Positions 9,295 to 20,879 of a stretch of 60,357 nucleotides of DNA are shown piece after piece. The position numbers were made by a program, and so were the translations under genes. The notes beneath the pieces are model-generated. The model was given only the letters and a program-made list of their open reading frames with translations. It made no database searches and was not told the DNA's origin. Position 1 is the first letter of the stretch, and every line of letters begins with the position of its first letter. Source of the DNA: Caldithrix sp. RBG_13_44_9 (GTDB lineage Bacteria; Calditrichota; Calditrichia; RBG-13-44-9); the NCBI GenBank assembly GCA_001771055.1, contig MESS01000079.1:1-60357 (forward strand), written 5' to 3'.

Positions 9295-11964
9295 ATGATT
9301 CATTATCTCTATCGGCTGGCGTTCTGTAGTCTGTTTATTATTTGTCATCCTCTGCAGAGCCAGGAGACCTATTTCGAAGAGAATATTTTTTTGCCTACCG
9401 ACACTTCCAGTGCTTACCGCCTGAATAATCTGACTTATCATTCGCCCAGGTCATTGAAAATAGCGCTGGTACTGAGCGGTGGTGGAGCCCGGGGATTGGT
9501 CCACCTGGGAGTACTTCAGGCTTTGGAAGAACATCAAATTCCGCTTAATCTGATCGTTGGCAGCAGCATTGGCAGTGTTATCGGTGGATTTTATGCCGCA
9601 GGTTATCGGGCCGAAGATCTGATTCAAATATTCCGGGAGATTGACTGGCAAAATTTATTCAGTGACCAGACCCAGCGTACTCATCTGTTCTGGTCCCAGA
9701 AGACCTCTCCCCGCAAACATTTGCTGGAGCTGCGATTCGACAAAGGTTTCCCTTATATCCCGCCTGCCCTCTCTCCCGGTCAAAAAATATTTGATATTAT
9801 TTATGCCCGTCTGCTGAATGCGAATTTTCAATCGGCCAACGATTTTGATAATCTCCGCATCCCTTTCCGGGCGGTGGCCACTGATCTGCTCAGCGGCAAA
9901 AGAGTTGTACTGGATCACGGAGACCTGGCCGAGGCGATCAGTGGAAGTATGGCTGTACCCCTGTTATTTGCACCGGTGGAATGGGATGGCATGTGGTTAG
10001 CCGATGGGGGGATCCGCGATAACCTTCCGGTGGACGTCGCTATCGAAAATGGTGCCAATTTGACTATTGCGGTGGATGCAACAGCTCCGCTGCGGACCGG
10101 AGAGCAAATGAAATCTCCCTGGCAAATTGCCGATCAGGTAACCACCATCATGATTCAAGAACCAACCCAGCAAAGCCGTTCCCTGGCCGATATCTTAATT
10201 TCACCTGCCGTGGACAACTATGGATCGAATGATTTTGCCGAGATCGATTCACTGATTCTGCTGGGATATCATTCTACTATTCAGATGATTGATTCCATTC
10301 AGCAGGCCATTAAGATGATTCAGGAAAATTTCTGGGGGGAAAACTATCGCTTTGGAAAAATCAGCAGTATTGCTATTTCTGGTATGGATTCGGTCTTGGC
10401 AGACAGTTTGAAAAAGTCCCTGGTGGTTAAAGAAGGGCAGGACCTGCGGCTCTATGATATATATGAGGATCTGACTTACCTGTATCGGGCCGGGTTTCTT
10501 GAAAATACTTATGCTTTTTTAAAGGGAACAGCATCATCACTTTCCTTGCAGTATGTTGTCAGGGAAAATCCATTGATACATCGGCTCATCATAAAGACCA
10601 ATCATATCAATCCGGATTCCCTCTTTTATGAAGGATATCTGAGCAATCTGAACCGGCCATTGAATTACAACCAATTGTTCATGCAGGTTGATGCTCTGTT
10701 GAATACTTTATTTGCCTCCGGTTATTCGCTGGCCCGGGTGGTCGATATTTCCTATCAACCTGGCTTGAGAACTTTACAGGTTAGAATTGATGAAGGTTAT
10801 ATTGAAAAAATTGAAATCACCGGCAACCTCATCACCAAAGACGGAATTATTCTTCGAGAACTTTTACTGAAAGAGGGTAGACCTTTCCGTTCCTGGGAAG
10901 CGATTGAAAGCCTGCAAAACATCTATAGCACCGGTTTATTCGACCGGGTAACTCTTAATGTTGTTCGAAATGATTCGGCCAATTCTATCATCTTTAGAGT
11001 TAAAGAAAAAAAATATCTGCTGCTGCGGGTGGGGCTCAATGCCTCACTTGAAAGAAAGGCCAAGGCCTTTATGGAGTTGGCGGAGGATAATCTTTTCGGC
11101 CGGGAAATAAAAGCCTCTTTATTTGGATTGATTGGTGATCTGGAGAAAGCAGCGGAATTTAAACTGTACAGCGTCCGCTTATTAAAAACCTATCTTACTT
11201 ATCGGTTTTCTCTTTATTATCAGGAAAGGTGGGATCGCTATTACCAGCAATATTCCAAAACTGATGATTATTTGACCATCCGGCGTGGTCTGAATTTCGT
11301 ATTGGGACAGCAAATTGCCCGCCTGGGATCAATCAGTGCAGAATTTCGCTGGGACAATATCAGTATTTTTTCTGAAAATTTTATTTTTCCTTATGATGAT
11401 AATTATAAAATTCGTTCTTTTACCATTCGCTCGGTAGTGGATAAAAGGGATAAACTGCCTTTCCCGAATAAAGGAATTTATAACCGCTGGTTCTGGGAAA
11501 CGGGAAATAAAAAAATACTTGGTGGATCCAGCTCTTTCACCCGTTTTTATATCGGCCTGGAAAGTTTTTATCCACTACATAATTCGTTGAATTACCGGAC
11601 TAGGGCTACGGCTGGCAGCGGTGACCTTACCGTACCTTTTTCGGAATTTTTTACCCTCGGCGGGATAGCTGATTTTCCGGGTTTGTATGAAAGAGAAAAA
11701 TTCGGCCGGCAAATTGCCTCCTGGCAGAATGAACTGCGTTACGCATTTTCCTGGGACCTGCCCGTTGACATGTATCTGGGAGCAAATTTCAATCTGGGAG
11801 CAACCTGGGAATCATCAGAAGATCTTATTAAAAAATCAGATTTTCTCACTAGCTGGAGTGTCTATCTGGCGATCAATTCCCTCATTGGTCCCATACAAAT
11901 CATGTACGGCAAACTGACCAATATCCGCGATATCATCTATTTTTCGATTGGTTATGAATTTTAG
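9295..11964 (+). CDS. Patatin-like phospholipase fused to POTRA + Omp85/BamA-type beta-barrel (PlpD-like, type Vd secretion architecture)
   Basis: Signal-like N-terminus. Patatin motifs 'LSGGGARGLVHLG' (oxyanion), 'GSSIGS' (GxSxG) and 'ADGGIRDNLP' (catalytic Asp). C-terminal half is rich in alternating beta-strands and ends in 'FSIGYEF', an aromatic terminal residue typical of outer-membrane barrels. Confidence 0.8.
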   Translation: MIHYLYRLAFCSLFIICHPLQSQETYFEENIFLPTDTSSAYRLNNLTYHSPRSLKIALVLSGGGARGLVHLGVLQALEEHQIPLNLIVGSSIGSVIGGFYAAGYRAEDLIQIFREIDWQNLFSDQTQRTHLFWSQKTSPRKHLLELRFDKGFPYIPPALSPGQKIFDIIYARLLNANFQSANDFDNLRIPFRAVATDLLSGKRVVLDHGDLAEAISGSMAVPLLFAPVEWDGMWLADGGIRDNLPVDVAIENGANLTIAVDATAPLRTGEQMKSPWQIADQVTTIMIQEPTQQSRSLADILISPAVDNYGSNDFAEIDSLILLGYHSTIQMIDSIQQAIKMIQENFWGENYRFGKISSIAISGMDSVLADSLKKSLVVKEGQDLRLYDIYEDLTYLYRAGFLENTYAFLKGTASSLSLQYVVRENPLIHRLIIKTNHINPDSLFYEGYLSNLNRPLNYNQLFMQVDALLNTLFASGYSLARVVDISYQPGLRTLQVRIDEGYIEKIEITGNLITKDGIILRELLLKEGRPFRSWEAIESLQNIYSTGLFDRVTLNVVRNDSANSIIFRVKEKKYLLLRVGLNASLERKAKAFMELAEDNLFGREIKASLFGLIGDLEKAAEFKLYSVRLLKTYLTYRFSLYYQERWDRYYQQYSKTDDYLTIRRGLNFVLGQQIARLGSISAEFRWDNISIFSENFIFPYDDNYKIRSFTIRSVVDKRDKLPFPNKGIYNRWFWETGNKKILGGSSSFTRFYIGLESFYPLHNSLNYRTRATAGSGDLTVPFSEFFTLGGIADFPGLYEREKFGRQIASWQNELRYAFSWDLPVDMYLGANFNLGATWESSEDLIKKSDFLTSWSVYLAINSLIGPIQIMYGKLTNIRDIIYFSIGYEF

Positions 11965-12173
11965 TTACCCGGCTTCTATAAGTCAGATGATGTTGAATAG
12001 CTTGGGAGAAAATAAGTGTGAGGGGATTATACCTCAGATGAACCATAATTGTCCATTCTAACCGGCGGATTTTACTGTAAGGATTCTTTAAAGTGAAATT
12101 TGAAGAAATATTAACTTGCAACTTGATTTTTATAAAAAAAGTATTATATTATATCGTTCAAACTTAGTCATTT

Positions 12174-12566
12174 ATGAAATCATTCTTTAGCTTAATATTT
12201 CTCACTGTTTTTACCACTTTACTGTGGGCTAATGCGGTTATTATTGAATGGAAAGCCGAGCCCGAGCAAAGTAAAATCATCCTGCAGTGGAAAACTTCAC
12301 AGGAGGATGAAGTGGTAAAGTTTGTGGTGGAAAGATCGACCGATAACTCCCATTTTTTCGATATCGGAGAAGTTACCGCGCGTGGTCCGGGATTTCAGTA
12401 TCGTTTTGAAGATAATAAATTGGGTTTTACTAATAGTATTTTCTATTATCGCTTAAAAATCGTGAATAACGATGGAAGTTATCATTACACCGATACCCTG
12501 CCGGTAATCCCGAATATCTCCAGCATCTCTCGAAGCTGGGGTAGCATCAAAGCTCTATTCCGTTAA
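12174..12566 (+). CDS. Small secreted beta-sandwich (FN3/Ig-like) protein of unknown function
   Basis: Signal peptide 'MKSFFSLIFLTVFTTLLWANA'. Pattern 'LQWKTSQEDEVVKFVVERSTDNSHFFDIGEV...YYRLKIVNNDGSYHYT'. Ends in the basic/aromatic tail 'SWGSIKALFR'. Confidence 0.5.
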   Translation: MKSFFSLIFLTVFTTLLWANAVIIEWKAEPEQSKIILQWKTSQEDEVVKFVVERSTDNSHFFDIGEVTARGPGFQYRFEDNKLGFTNSIFYYRLKIVNNDGSYHYTDTLPVIPNISSISRSWGSIKALFR

Positions 12567-12610
12567 TAACCGTATCAGGTGAATTTTTAATTTTTTTCTA
12601 TAGTGATTTT

Positions 12611-12633
12611 TTCCCTTTAAGGGAATTTTTTTT
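12611..12633 (+). terminator. Weak candidate rho-independent terminator
   Basis: TTCCC-TTTAA-GGGAA (5-bp stem) followed by a run of 8 T, about 45 nt after the stop of the 12174-12566 gene. Confidence 0.3.
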
Positions 12634-12909
12634 GTTTTTCTACCAAGGAAAGGTGGATTTAAATCAATTTAATATAAAATTTATACATTATAGTCATTTT
12701 GCTTATTCTTCTAACTTCAATAATTACAATGAATTTCATCTAAATTGGTTGTTTCCTGACAAATAAAAATGCGATCTGTTATTTTTTTTCTAAAAAATTT
12801 ATAAAAACAGTCGATAGTTAAAGTAGACCATAAAAATAAAAATATTTGAAAAGATTCTTGTAAAATATAGGGAAGTATGATTATCTTAAAAAACTTTATT
12901 TATTAAATG

Positions 12910-12938
12910 TTGACAAAAATCACAAATATTTTTATTTT
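12910..12938 (+). promoter_or_regulatory. Candidate sigma-70-type promoter for the M23 peptidase gene
   Basis: TTGACA (12910-12915), 17-nt spacer, TATTTT (12933-12938), about 38 nt upstream of the ATG at 12976. The region is very AT-rich, so chance matches are possible. Confidence 0.35.
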
Positions 12939-12975
12939 TATTGTTGTTACCGGTCTTCCTACAGGAAAATGAAAG

Positions 12976-13899
12976 ATGAATGATAAGCCACATTTCATTT
13001 TTATTGATCCCCGTAGTACAGTTGTTAAGCAATTTAAAATCTCCGTCACCAAGTTTGTTTTAGTTATTTTTGTCCTCTTCCTTCTTATCGGAGTATCACT
13101 TAAACTCGCCATTGACCTCGGCGTTAAATTCAATCACAATTCTCAAATTACTCAACTTCAGGCCGAAAATGGGACCTTGCAGCAGCAGTTGAAAATTATG
13201 GGCGATAAAATCCTGACTATTCGCAACCATATCGATCAGATTGAAATACTGGATGATCAAATCCGTTCCCGGCTCGATCTTTCTCCCATCGAAGATGATG
13301 TCCGCCAGGTGGGAATTGGAGGATCTGACCTGTCAAAAACTTCCGCGATAGCGATCGAGGATCTGAAATTACAGTCGGTTATTTTAAATAATCAAAGCAC
13401 CTTGGCCCGTTTGGAAAGAGAAATAAAATTGGAAAGCGAGAGCTTCCAAAAATTGATCTCTACCATGGATCGGAAAGAAGATTCCCTGCAGTATTTACCA
13501 GCCATTAAACCGGTTCTGAATGGCCGTATTACCGATGGATTCGGTAAAAGGCGACATCCTATTTATAAAAGAATTACTGACCATAATGGAATTGACATTG
13601 CTGCCAACCGTGGCACCCCGGTGCTGGCTTCGGGGGATGGTTATATTACTTTCACCGGGACTAACGGAGGATATGGCAATTTTATCTCCATTAACCATAA
13701 ATACGGTTTTGAAACCAAATATGGACATCTTCAGAAAATTTATGTCCGACGCGGCCAGTTCGTGAAGCGGGGAGATAAGATTGGTGAGGTCGGAAATAGT
13801 GGAATCTCAACTGCCCCCCACCTTCATTATGAAGTCCATTACCATGGTAAAAGCGTAAATCCTTCCGATTATTATTTTAACGATATTGAATTTGAGTAA
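12976..13899 (+). CDS. M23-family (LytM-domain) murein metalloendopeptidase with N-terminal TM helix and coiled coil (EnvC/MepM-like)
   Basis: 'HNGIDIAANRGTPVLASGDG' (HxxxD) and 'GNSGISTAPHLHYEVHYHGKSVNP' (HxH). TM helix 'FVLVIFVLFLLIGVSL'. Confidence 0.85.
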   Translation: MNDKPHFIFIDPRSTVVKQFKISVTKFVLVIFVLFLLIGVSLKLAIDLGVKFNHNSQITQLQAENGTLQQQLKIMGDKILTIRNHIDQIEILDDQIRSRLDLSPIEDDVRQVGIGGSDLSKTSAIAIEDLKLQSVILNNQSTLARLEREIKLESESFQKLISTMDRKEDSLQYLPAIKPVLNGRITDGFGKRRHPIYKRITDHNGIDIAANRGTPVLASGDGYITFTGTNGGYGNFISINHKYGFETKYGHLQKIYVRRGQFVKRGDKIGEVGNSGISTAPHLHYEVHYHGKSVNPSDYYFNDIEFE

Positions 13900-13955
13900 A
13901 AATAACTTCCTCTTTTGCCACTGCTTTTATTTTTTCTCAGAATGAGCCTGCCTCC

Positions 13956-14390
13956 ATGTTAGATTTTCAAACAGCCCTTTATCAGTTGCGTCAATTTCTT
14001 AAGGAAAATAATCTGCGCTTTACCAATGAACGATTGACTATTTTGGAAGAAATATTCCAATTTGCCGATCATTTTGACGCGGAGAAGTTGTTTAACCATA
14101 TCCGAAAGCACCATCGACATATTTCCCGAGCTACCGTCTATCGGACCTTGGATTTGCTCTCGCAGATCGGGATTATTACAAAAGAAAATTTGGGGAATGA
14201 TTTTGCCAGCTATGAGCTGGCTTTTAATGTGCCGCATCACGATCATTTGATCTGTGTGGAGTGCGGTAAAGTGATCGAGTTTAGTGATCAGCTGATCGAA
14301 GATAGTCAGCAAAAAATCTGCAAAAAATACAATATGGTAATGATCCGTCACCAGTTGCAAATCTTTGGCCGGTGTAAAGAACATCAATAA
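13956..14390 (+). CDS. Fur-family metal-responsive transcriptional regulator (Fur/Zur/PerR subtype not resolved)
   Basis: Winged-helix 'ISRATVYRTLDLLSQIGII'. Metal-site residues 'HHDHLICVECGKVIEF' and C-terminal 'GRCKEH'. Confidence 0.85.
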   Translation: MLDFQTALYQLRQFLKENNLRFTNERLTILEEIFQFADHFDAEKLFNHIRKHHRHISRATVYRTLDLLSQIGIITKENLGNDFASYELAFNVPHHDHLICVECGKVIEFSDQLIEDSQQKICKKYNMVMIRHQLQIFGRCKEHQ

Positions 14391-14406
14391 AACTCCATCT
14401 GTCCAT

Positions 14407-14429
14407 TTTCCGGAATTTCAATCCGGAAA
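14407..14429 (+). terminator. Candidate terminator hairpin after the Fur-family gene
   Basis: TTTCCGGA-ATTTCAA-TCCGGAAA (8-bp stem), 17 nt after the stop. The downstream T tract is interrupted ('tatcttgttgtttcttt'). Confidence 0.45.
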
Positions 14430-14936
14430 TATCTTGTTGTTTCTTTACCATCCTGTTAATTCCTTATTTCTGCTCTTATATTTCTGATCAGTCCGGTAGT
14501 TGATATTTCTTCCTGACATGATTAAATAATAAACCAAACCGAAACCTCAGGTGAGAACTGAATCTTCTTCACCAGCGGCCGGATCTTACACCTGCCGTAT
14601 TTCAAAGAACTGTATATTTCGATTGAATTCTCAAGAACGTACATTACTTTTAATCATTGTTTTTTCTCCAGTAATTTTTTATTTTAGCCAGGCACTCAGA
14701 TTGATTGCCGCTCATTGATTTTGCTCAGAAATTCTGAAAATCTCATGGTTCCATTCCAGACTGGAAAACGAAAAATTTTATTTATTATCTCTAAATTTTG
14801 CCGGATATTATTGGGATTTATATAAATAGTAACTTGTTGAATACTTTATCTTAAAGAATTGTTTTACTGAAAATCAAATTGGCAGGAACGAGATGTTGGT
14901 CATGTCCATTAATAGTAAAGGATTGGACAGTTAAGA

Positions 14937-17338
<2,402 letters not shown>

Positions 17339-17347
17339 GGACGAAAA

Positions 17348-17722
17348 ATGACCACTGTTAAAATTAATAATTTTTCTGAAATAGATTTTGTAAATATTGA
17401 TGCATCACAGGATGTATTGCTGCTGCCTGATGGCCAATCTTTCCGTTTCAGTGATCATATGTGTGATCACTGCTGGACCGCCGGAACGGTTCTGGAAACC
17501 CTGGAGCAGCAAAAAAAATATTATTGTCTTTTCTGTAACAATAGCCTGGTCTGGTTTTCATTTAAAAACGATTTTCTTCTCCCTACTGGCGACATGCTGG
17601 AATTTTTACTTCCGGGGAGCTGGAAGGAAGAAGACCGCGAAGAATGGTATACTCAATTTAAAGAAAGACGGAAAGCCCAGGAAAAGATTAAAGATGATAT
17701 CCTGGAACAGGGAAAAGAATAA
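17348..17722 (+). CDS. Hypothetical protein with a CxxC...CxxC (zinc-ribbon-like) pair
   Basis: ORF placed tightly between pyrG and kdsA. 'CDHC' and 'CLFC' lie about 20 aa apart. Charged C-terminal tail. No family recognised. Confidence 0.4.
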   Translation: MTTVKINNFSEIDFVNIDASQDVLLLPDGQSFRFSDHMCDHCWTAGTVLETLEQQKKYYCLFCNNSLVWFSFKNDFLLPTGDMLEFLLPGSWKEEDREEWYTQFKERRKAQEKIKDDILEQGKE

Positions 17723-17788
17723 ACATTTTTCAACGGATCCGTCATAAATTTACGATTTGATAAGGAAAGAAAAGGAATACCGCGGATT

Positions 17789-18610
17789 ATGGTTAAAATT
17801 GGAAAATATATTATTGCTAAAGATCAACCTTTGACAATCATTGCTGGCCCCTGTGTTATCGAAAATGAAAAGATGATCATGCAAACGGCTGAATCCATTA
17901 AAAAGCTGGCAGAAAAATCTCCCTTTCAGTTTATTTTCAAATCTTCTTACCGTAAAGCCAATCGCACTTCGGTGAACGGTTTCACCGGTCTGGCTTTTGA
18001 GGACGCCATTGGAGTGCTGGAAAAAGTTCGGCAGGATTTGGAAATTCCGATCCTTACCGATGTCCATTCTGAGCTGGAGATCCCAATAGTCGCACAAGTA
18101 GTGGATGTTTTACAAATTCCGGCGTTTTTATGCCGACAGACTGACCTTCTGCTGGCGGCCGGACGCAGCCAGAAAGCTGTAAATATTAAAAAAGGTCAAT
18201 TTTTGGCACCAGAAGATATGGCGCAGGCAGCTAAAAAAGTAAGCAGTACAGGAAATGAGAATATCTTACTTACTGAACGTGGAACCACCTTTGGATATCG
18301 CAATTTGGTGGTTGATATGCGAGCTCTGGTCATCATGGACCACATTGGTTATCCGGTGATTTATGATGCCACCCACAGTCTGCAGCTGCCAGGTGGTCTG
18401 GGAACAGCCAGCGGGGGACAACCAGAATTTATTTTGCCAATGGCCCGGGCGGCTCTGGCTACTGCTGCCCTTTCCGGCATATTCATGGAAGTACATCCCG
18501 ATCCGGCGAATGCCCTGAGTGATGCCGCTTCACAATTGTCACTGGCAGCTTTCCCGGCAGCAGTCAACCAATTGCTGGAATTGCATGCAGTAGTAGCAAA
18601 GTTGAAATAA
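17789..18610 (+). CDS. kdsA: 3-deoxy-8-phosphooctulonate (KDO-8-P) synthase
   Basis: 'IIAGPCVIENE', 'FKSSYRKANRTS', 'ILTDVHS', 'VLQIPAFLCRQTDLL', 'YDATHSLQLPGG'. Confidence 0.9.
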   Translation: MVKIGKYIIAKDQPLTIIAGPCVIENEKMIMQTAESIKKLAEKSPFQFIFKSSYRKANRTSVNGFTGLAFEDAIGVLEKVRQDLEIPILTDVHSELEIPIVAQVVDVLQIPAFLCRQTDLLLAAGRSQKAVNIKKGQFLAPEDMAQAAKKVSSTGNENILLTERGTTFGYRNLVVDMRALVIMDHIGYPVIYDATHSLQLPGGLGTASGGQPEFILPMARAALATAALSGIFMEVHPDPANALSDAASQLSLAAFPAAVNQLLELHAVVAKLK

Positions 18611-18630
18611 TTTGGAAAAAGGAACTGAGA

Positions 18631-19158
18631 ATGAAAATATCTAAAGAGCTACAGAAGCGGGCCAGAAAAATAAAAGTAATTTTAATGGATGTGGATGGAG
18701 TGTTAACTCGCGGAGATATTGTCTATGACAGCAATGGGCTGGAGATAAAACATTTCAATGCTCACGATGGATTGGGTATCCGGCTGGCTAGGCTTAGCGG
18801 TTTACAAACCGGAATTATTTCCCTGCGGGAGAGCGGCACTATCCGGACCCGGGCTGCTGAACTCCAGATTAATCACCTGCTGCTGGGCAAAGACAAAAAA
18901 CTGCCGGCCTTTGATAAATTAAGGAATTCTTTGAATTTGGCTGCGGAAGAATTCTGTTTTATTGGCGATGACTATCCCGATATCCCGGTGATGCGGGAGG
19001 TGGGTCTGGCAGTGGCCGTTCAGAATGCCTCGCAGCTTACCAAGAAAAATGCCCATTATATAACCCACAAATCCGGTGGAGATGGAGCGGTGAGAGAGGT
19101 AGTTGAAATCATTCTCCAGGTCCAGAATCTTTTGCAACAGGCAATTGAAAAATTATAA
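18631..19158 (+). CDS. kdsC: KDO-8-phosphate phosphatase (HAD-IIIA, KdsC family)
   Basis: 'ILMDVDGVLTRGDIVYDSNGLEIKHFNAHDGLGI', 'IGDDYPDIPVM', 'GGDGAVREVVE'. Position within the KDO cluster supports the call. Confidence 0.85.
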   Translation: MKISKELQKRARKIKVILMDVDGVLTRGDIVYDSNGLEIKHFNAHDGLGIRLARLSGLQTGIISLRESGTIRTRAAELQINHLLLGKDKKLPAFDKLRNSLNLAAEEFCFIGDDYPDIPVMREVGLAVAVQNASQLTKKNAHYITHKSGGDGAVREVVEIILQVQNLLQQAIEKL

Positions 19159-19243
19159 GAGTTCGAAAAAAAAGTAATTCATCGATCATATATATTGAGA
19201 AATTTAATCGTTTTTTGTCATTATCATCGGGGGAGTCTATAAA

Positions 19244-20224
19244 ATGAATGAATCTTTTTCCAGCCAGAGTACCTTGCAGATTGCCTATCGAGTGATTGAT
19301 CAGGAATTAGAGGCCATTAAAATCCTCCGATCTTACATTGATGAGAATTTTGAGAAAGCGGTAGAATTGATTTTAGTGTGTCATGGACGGGTAATCATCA
19401 CCGGTCTGGGAAAATCAGGGGCCATAGGCAGGAAATTGGCCGCCACTTTGGCTTCTACCGGGACCGTTTCTTACTTTCTGCATGCGTCGGAAGGGATTCA
19501 TGGTGATCTGGGCATTGTTCATAAAGATGATGTGATTATCTGCTTATCGAAAAGTGGTAACACTGAGGAATTGAACTATCTTCTACCGGTTTTTAGAAAA
19601 TTAAATGTTCCGATCATTTCCATCACCTCCAACCCTGAATCGGTTCTGGCGAAACACAGCCAGATAGTCTTAAATATTGGGGTGAAAGAAGAAGCTTGTC
19701 CACATGATCTGGCCCCCACTTCCAGTACCACTGCTATGACGGTCCTGGGTGATGCACTGGCAATTGCCTTGCTGGAAAAAAGGGGATTCAGCCGGGAGGA
19801 CTTCGCCTTTCTTCACCCGGCGGGCAGTCTGGGTAAACGGTTATTGATGCGAGTGGATGATATCATGGAAAAAGGAGCGCAGATCCCATCGGTAACCATT
19901 GAAGCAAAAATGAAGAAAGCGGTCCTGGAAATGGCCGCAAAAAGGGGGATCTGTATGGTGGTTGACCAGGGAATGCATATTCTGGGACTGATGACTACCG
20001 GAGATTTGAACCGCCTGGTGGAACGCACCGAGCACTTTTTCGACATCCCGGTCAGTGAAGTGATGAATCGGACGCCTAAAATCATTACCATCAATACCCT
20101 TGCTTATACCGCATATCGAAAGATGGAAGAGTATCGAATTATTGCTATGCCGGTCATTGACGAACATAAAAAACTGTGTGGAGTGATTCACCTGCATGAC
20201 ATTATGAGGGCTGGTATTTTTTAA
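19244..20224 (+). CDS. kdsD: Arabinose-5-phosphate isomerase (SIS domain + tandem CBS)
   Basis: SIS 'GRVIITGLGKSGAIGRKLAATLASTGT'. Two CBS-like segments in the C-terminal half. Position within the KDO cluster supports the call. Confidence 0.85.
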   Translation: MNESFSSQSTLQIAYRVIDQELEAIKILRSYIDENFEKAVELILVCHGRVIITGLGKSGAIGRKLAATLASTGTVSYFLHASEGIHGDLGIVHKDDVIICLSKSGNTEELNYLLPVFRKLNVPIISITSNPESVLAKHSQIVLNIGVKEEACPHDLAPTSSTTAMTVLGDALAIALLEKRGFSREDFAFLHPAGSLGKRLLMRVDDIMEKGAQIPSVTIEAKMKKAVLEMAAKRGICMVVDQGMHILGLMTTGDLNRLVERTEHFFDIPVSEVMNRTPKIITINTLAYTAYRKMEEYRIIAMPVIDEHKKLCGVIHLHDIMRAGIF

Positions 20225-20313
20225 TAATGAAAATCACAAATTAAACGAAACTATCCGGCAGAATCGAGATATATAGATTGTCAGTGTTCCGGTATAAATC
20301 TGAGAGTTAATAA

Positions 20314-20865
20314 ATGACCTTAAAAATCAGCTTGATTATTTTATTGTCTGCCATGTTGCTGGTCAGTTGCACAAAAATTGAGGAAGAGCAGTCAACCAGT
20401 TCCCTGGACCAGGCCAGAATTCCTGATCAGGAAAGTTGGAAATCGGTCATAACAATGACCAAGGATGGTAAGAAATTTGCCGAAGTCTGGGCGGGGTATA
20501 TTGCTTTTTACAGCGAGCAGGGCAAGACTTTTATGCGGGATAGCATCCATGCCGATTTTTTTGATAGAAATGGGATTCATAACTCTACCTTAACTGCCGA
20601 TTCGGGAATTGTTTTTAGCCAGACAAATAATCTGATCGCCTATGGAGAAGTCAAAGTTGTTTCCGATAGTGGAGTGGTTCTGGAGACCCGGGAACTCCGG
20701 TGGGACAATGAGAAGCAGAAAATAATCAGCGAAGTTGTAGTTCGCTTTTCCACCCAGGTTGACACGCTCCTTGGTGATTCCTTTGTCTCCGATCCGGATT
20801 TAACTAATTATGAAATCAAAAATGCCCGGGGATACTCTCGGCGATTAATTCCCCTGGAAAAATAG
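20314..20865 (+). CDS. lptC: LPS export protein LptC-like (lipoprotein-type signal)
   Basis: Size, position immediately upstream of lptA/lptB, signal 'LLSAMLLVSC', and the beta-jellyroll-like repeat pattern 'LTADSGIVFSQTNNLIAYGEVKVVSDSGVVLETRELRWD'. Confidence 0.6.
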   Translation: MTLKISLIILLSAMLLVSCTKIEEEQSTSSLDQARIPDQESWKSVITMTKDGKKFAEVWAGYIAFYSEQGKTFMRDSIHADFFDRNGIHNSTLTADSGIVFSQTNNLIAYGEVKVVSDSGVVLETRELRWDNEKQKIISEVVVRFSTQVDTLLGDSFVSDPDLTNYEIKNARGYSRRLIPLEK

Positions 20866-20879
20866 TTTATGATTGGTCA

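Noticed and set aside
9295-11964. The patatin domain as a possible CBASS-type or other anti-phage phospholipase effector.
   Set aside because: The protein has a signal peptide and an Omp85-type barrel with a terminal aromatic residue. No cyclase or sensor gene is adjacent. The architecture fits a type Vd secreted lipase rather than a defence effector.
13959-14387. 142-aa minus-strand ORF almost exactly co-extensive with the Fur-family gene.
   Set aside because: The plus-strand product has unmistakable Fur-family motifs. The antisense product has none and no ribosome-binding site. A stop-free antisense frame over 430 nt is plausible by chance in this codon usage.
17397-17747. 116-aa ORF in an alternative frame overlapping the 17348-17722 ORF.
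   Set aside because: It lies almost entirely inside the other ORF. Its C/W/R-rich composition is odd and it has no ribosome-binding site. I preferred the frame starting 10 nt after pyrG, although neither frame is independently verified.
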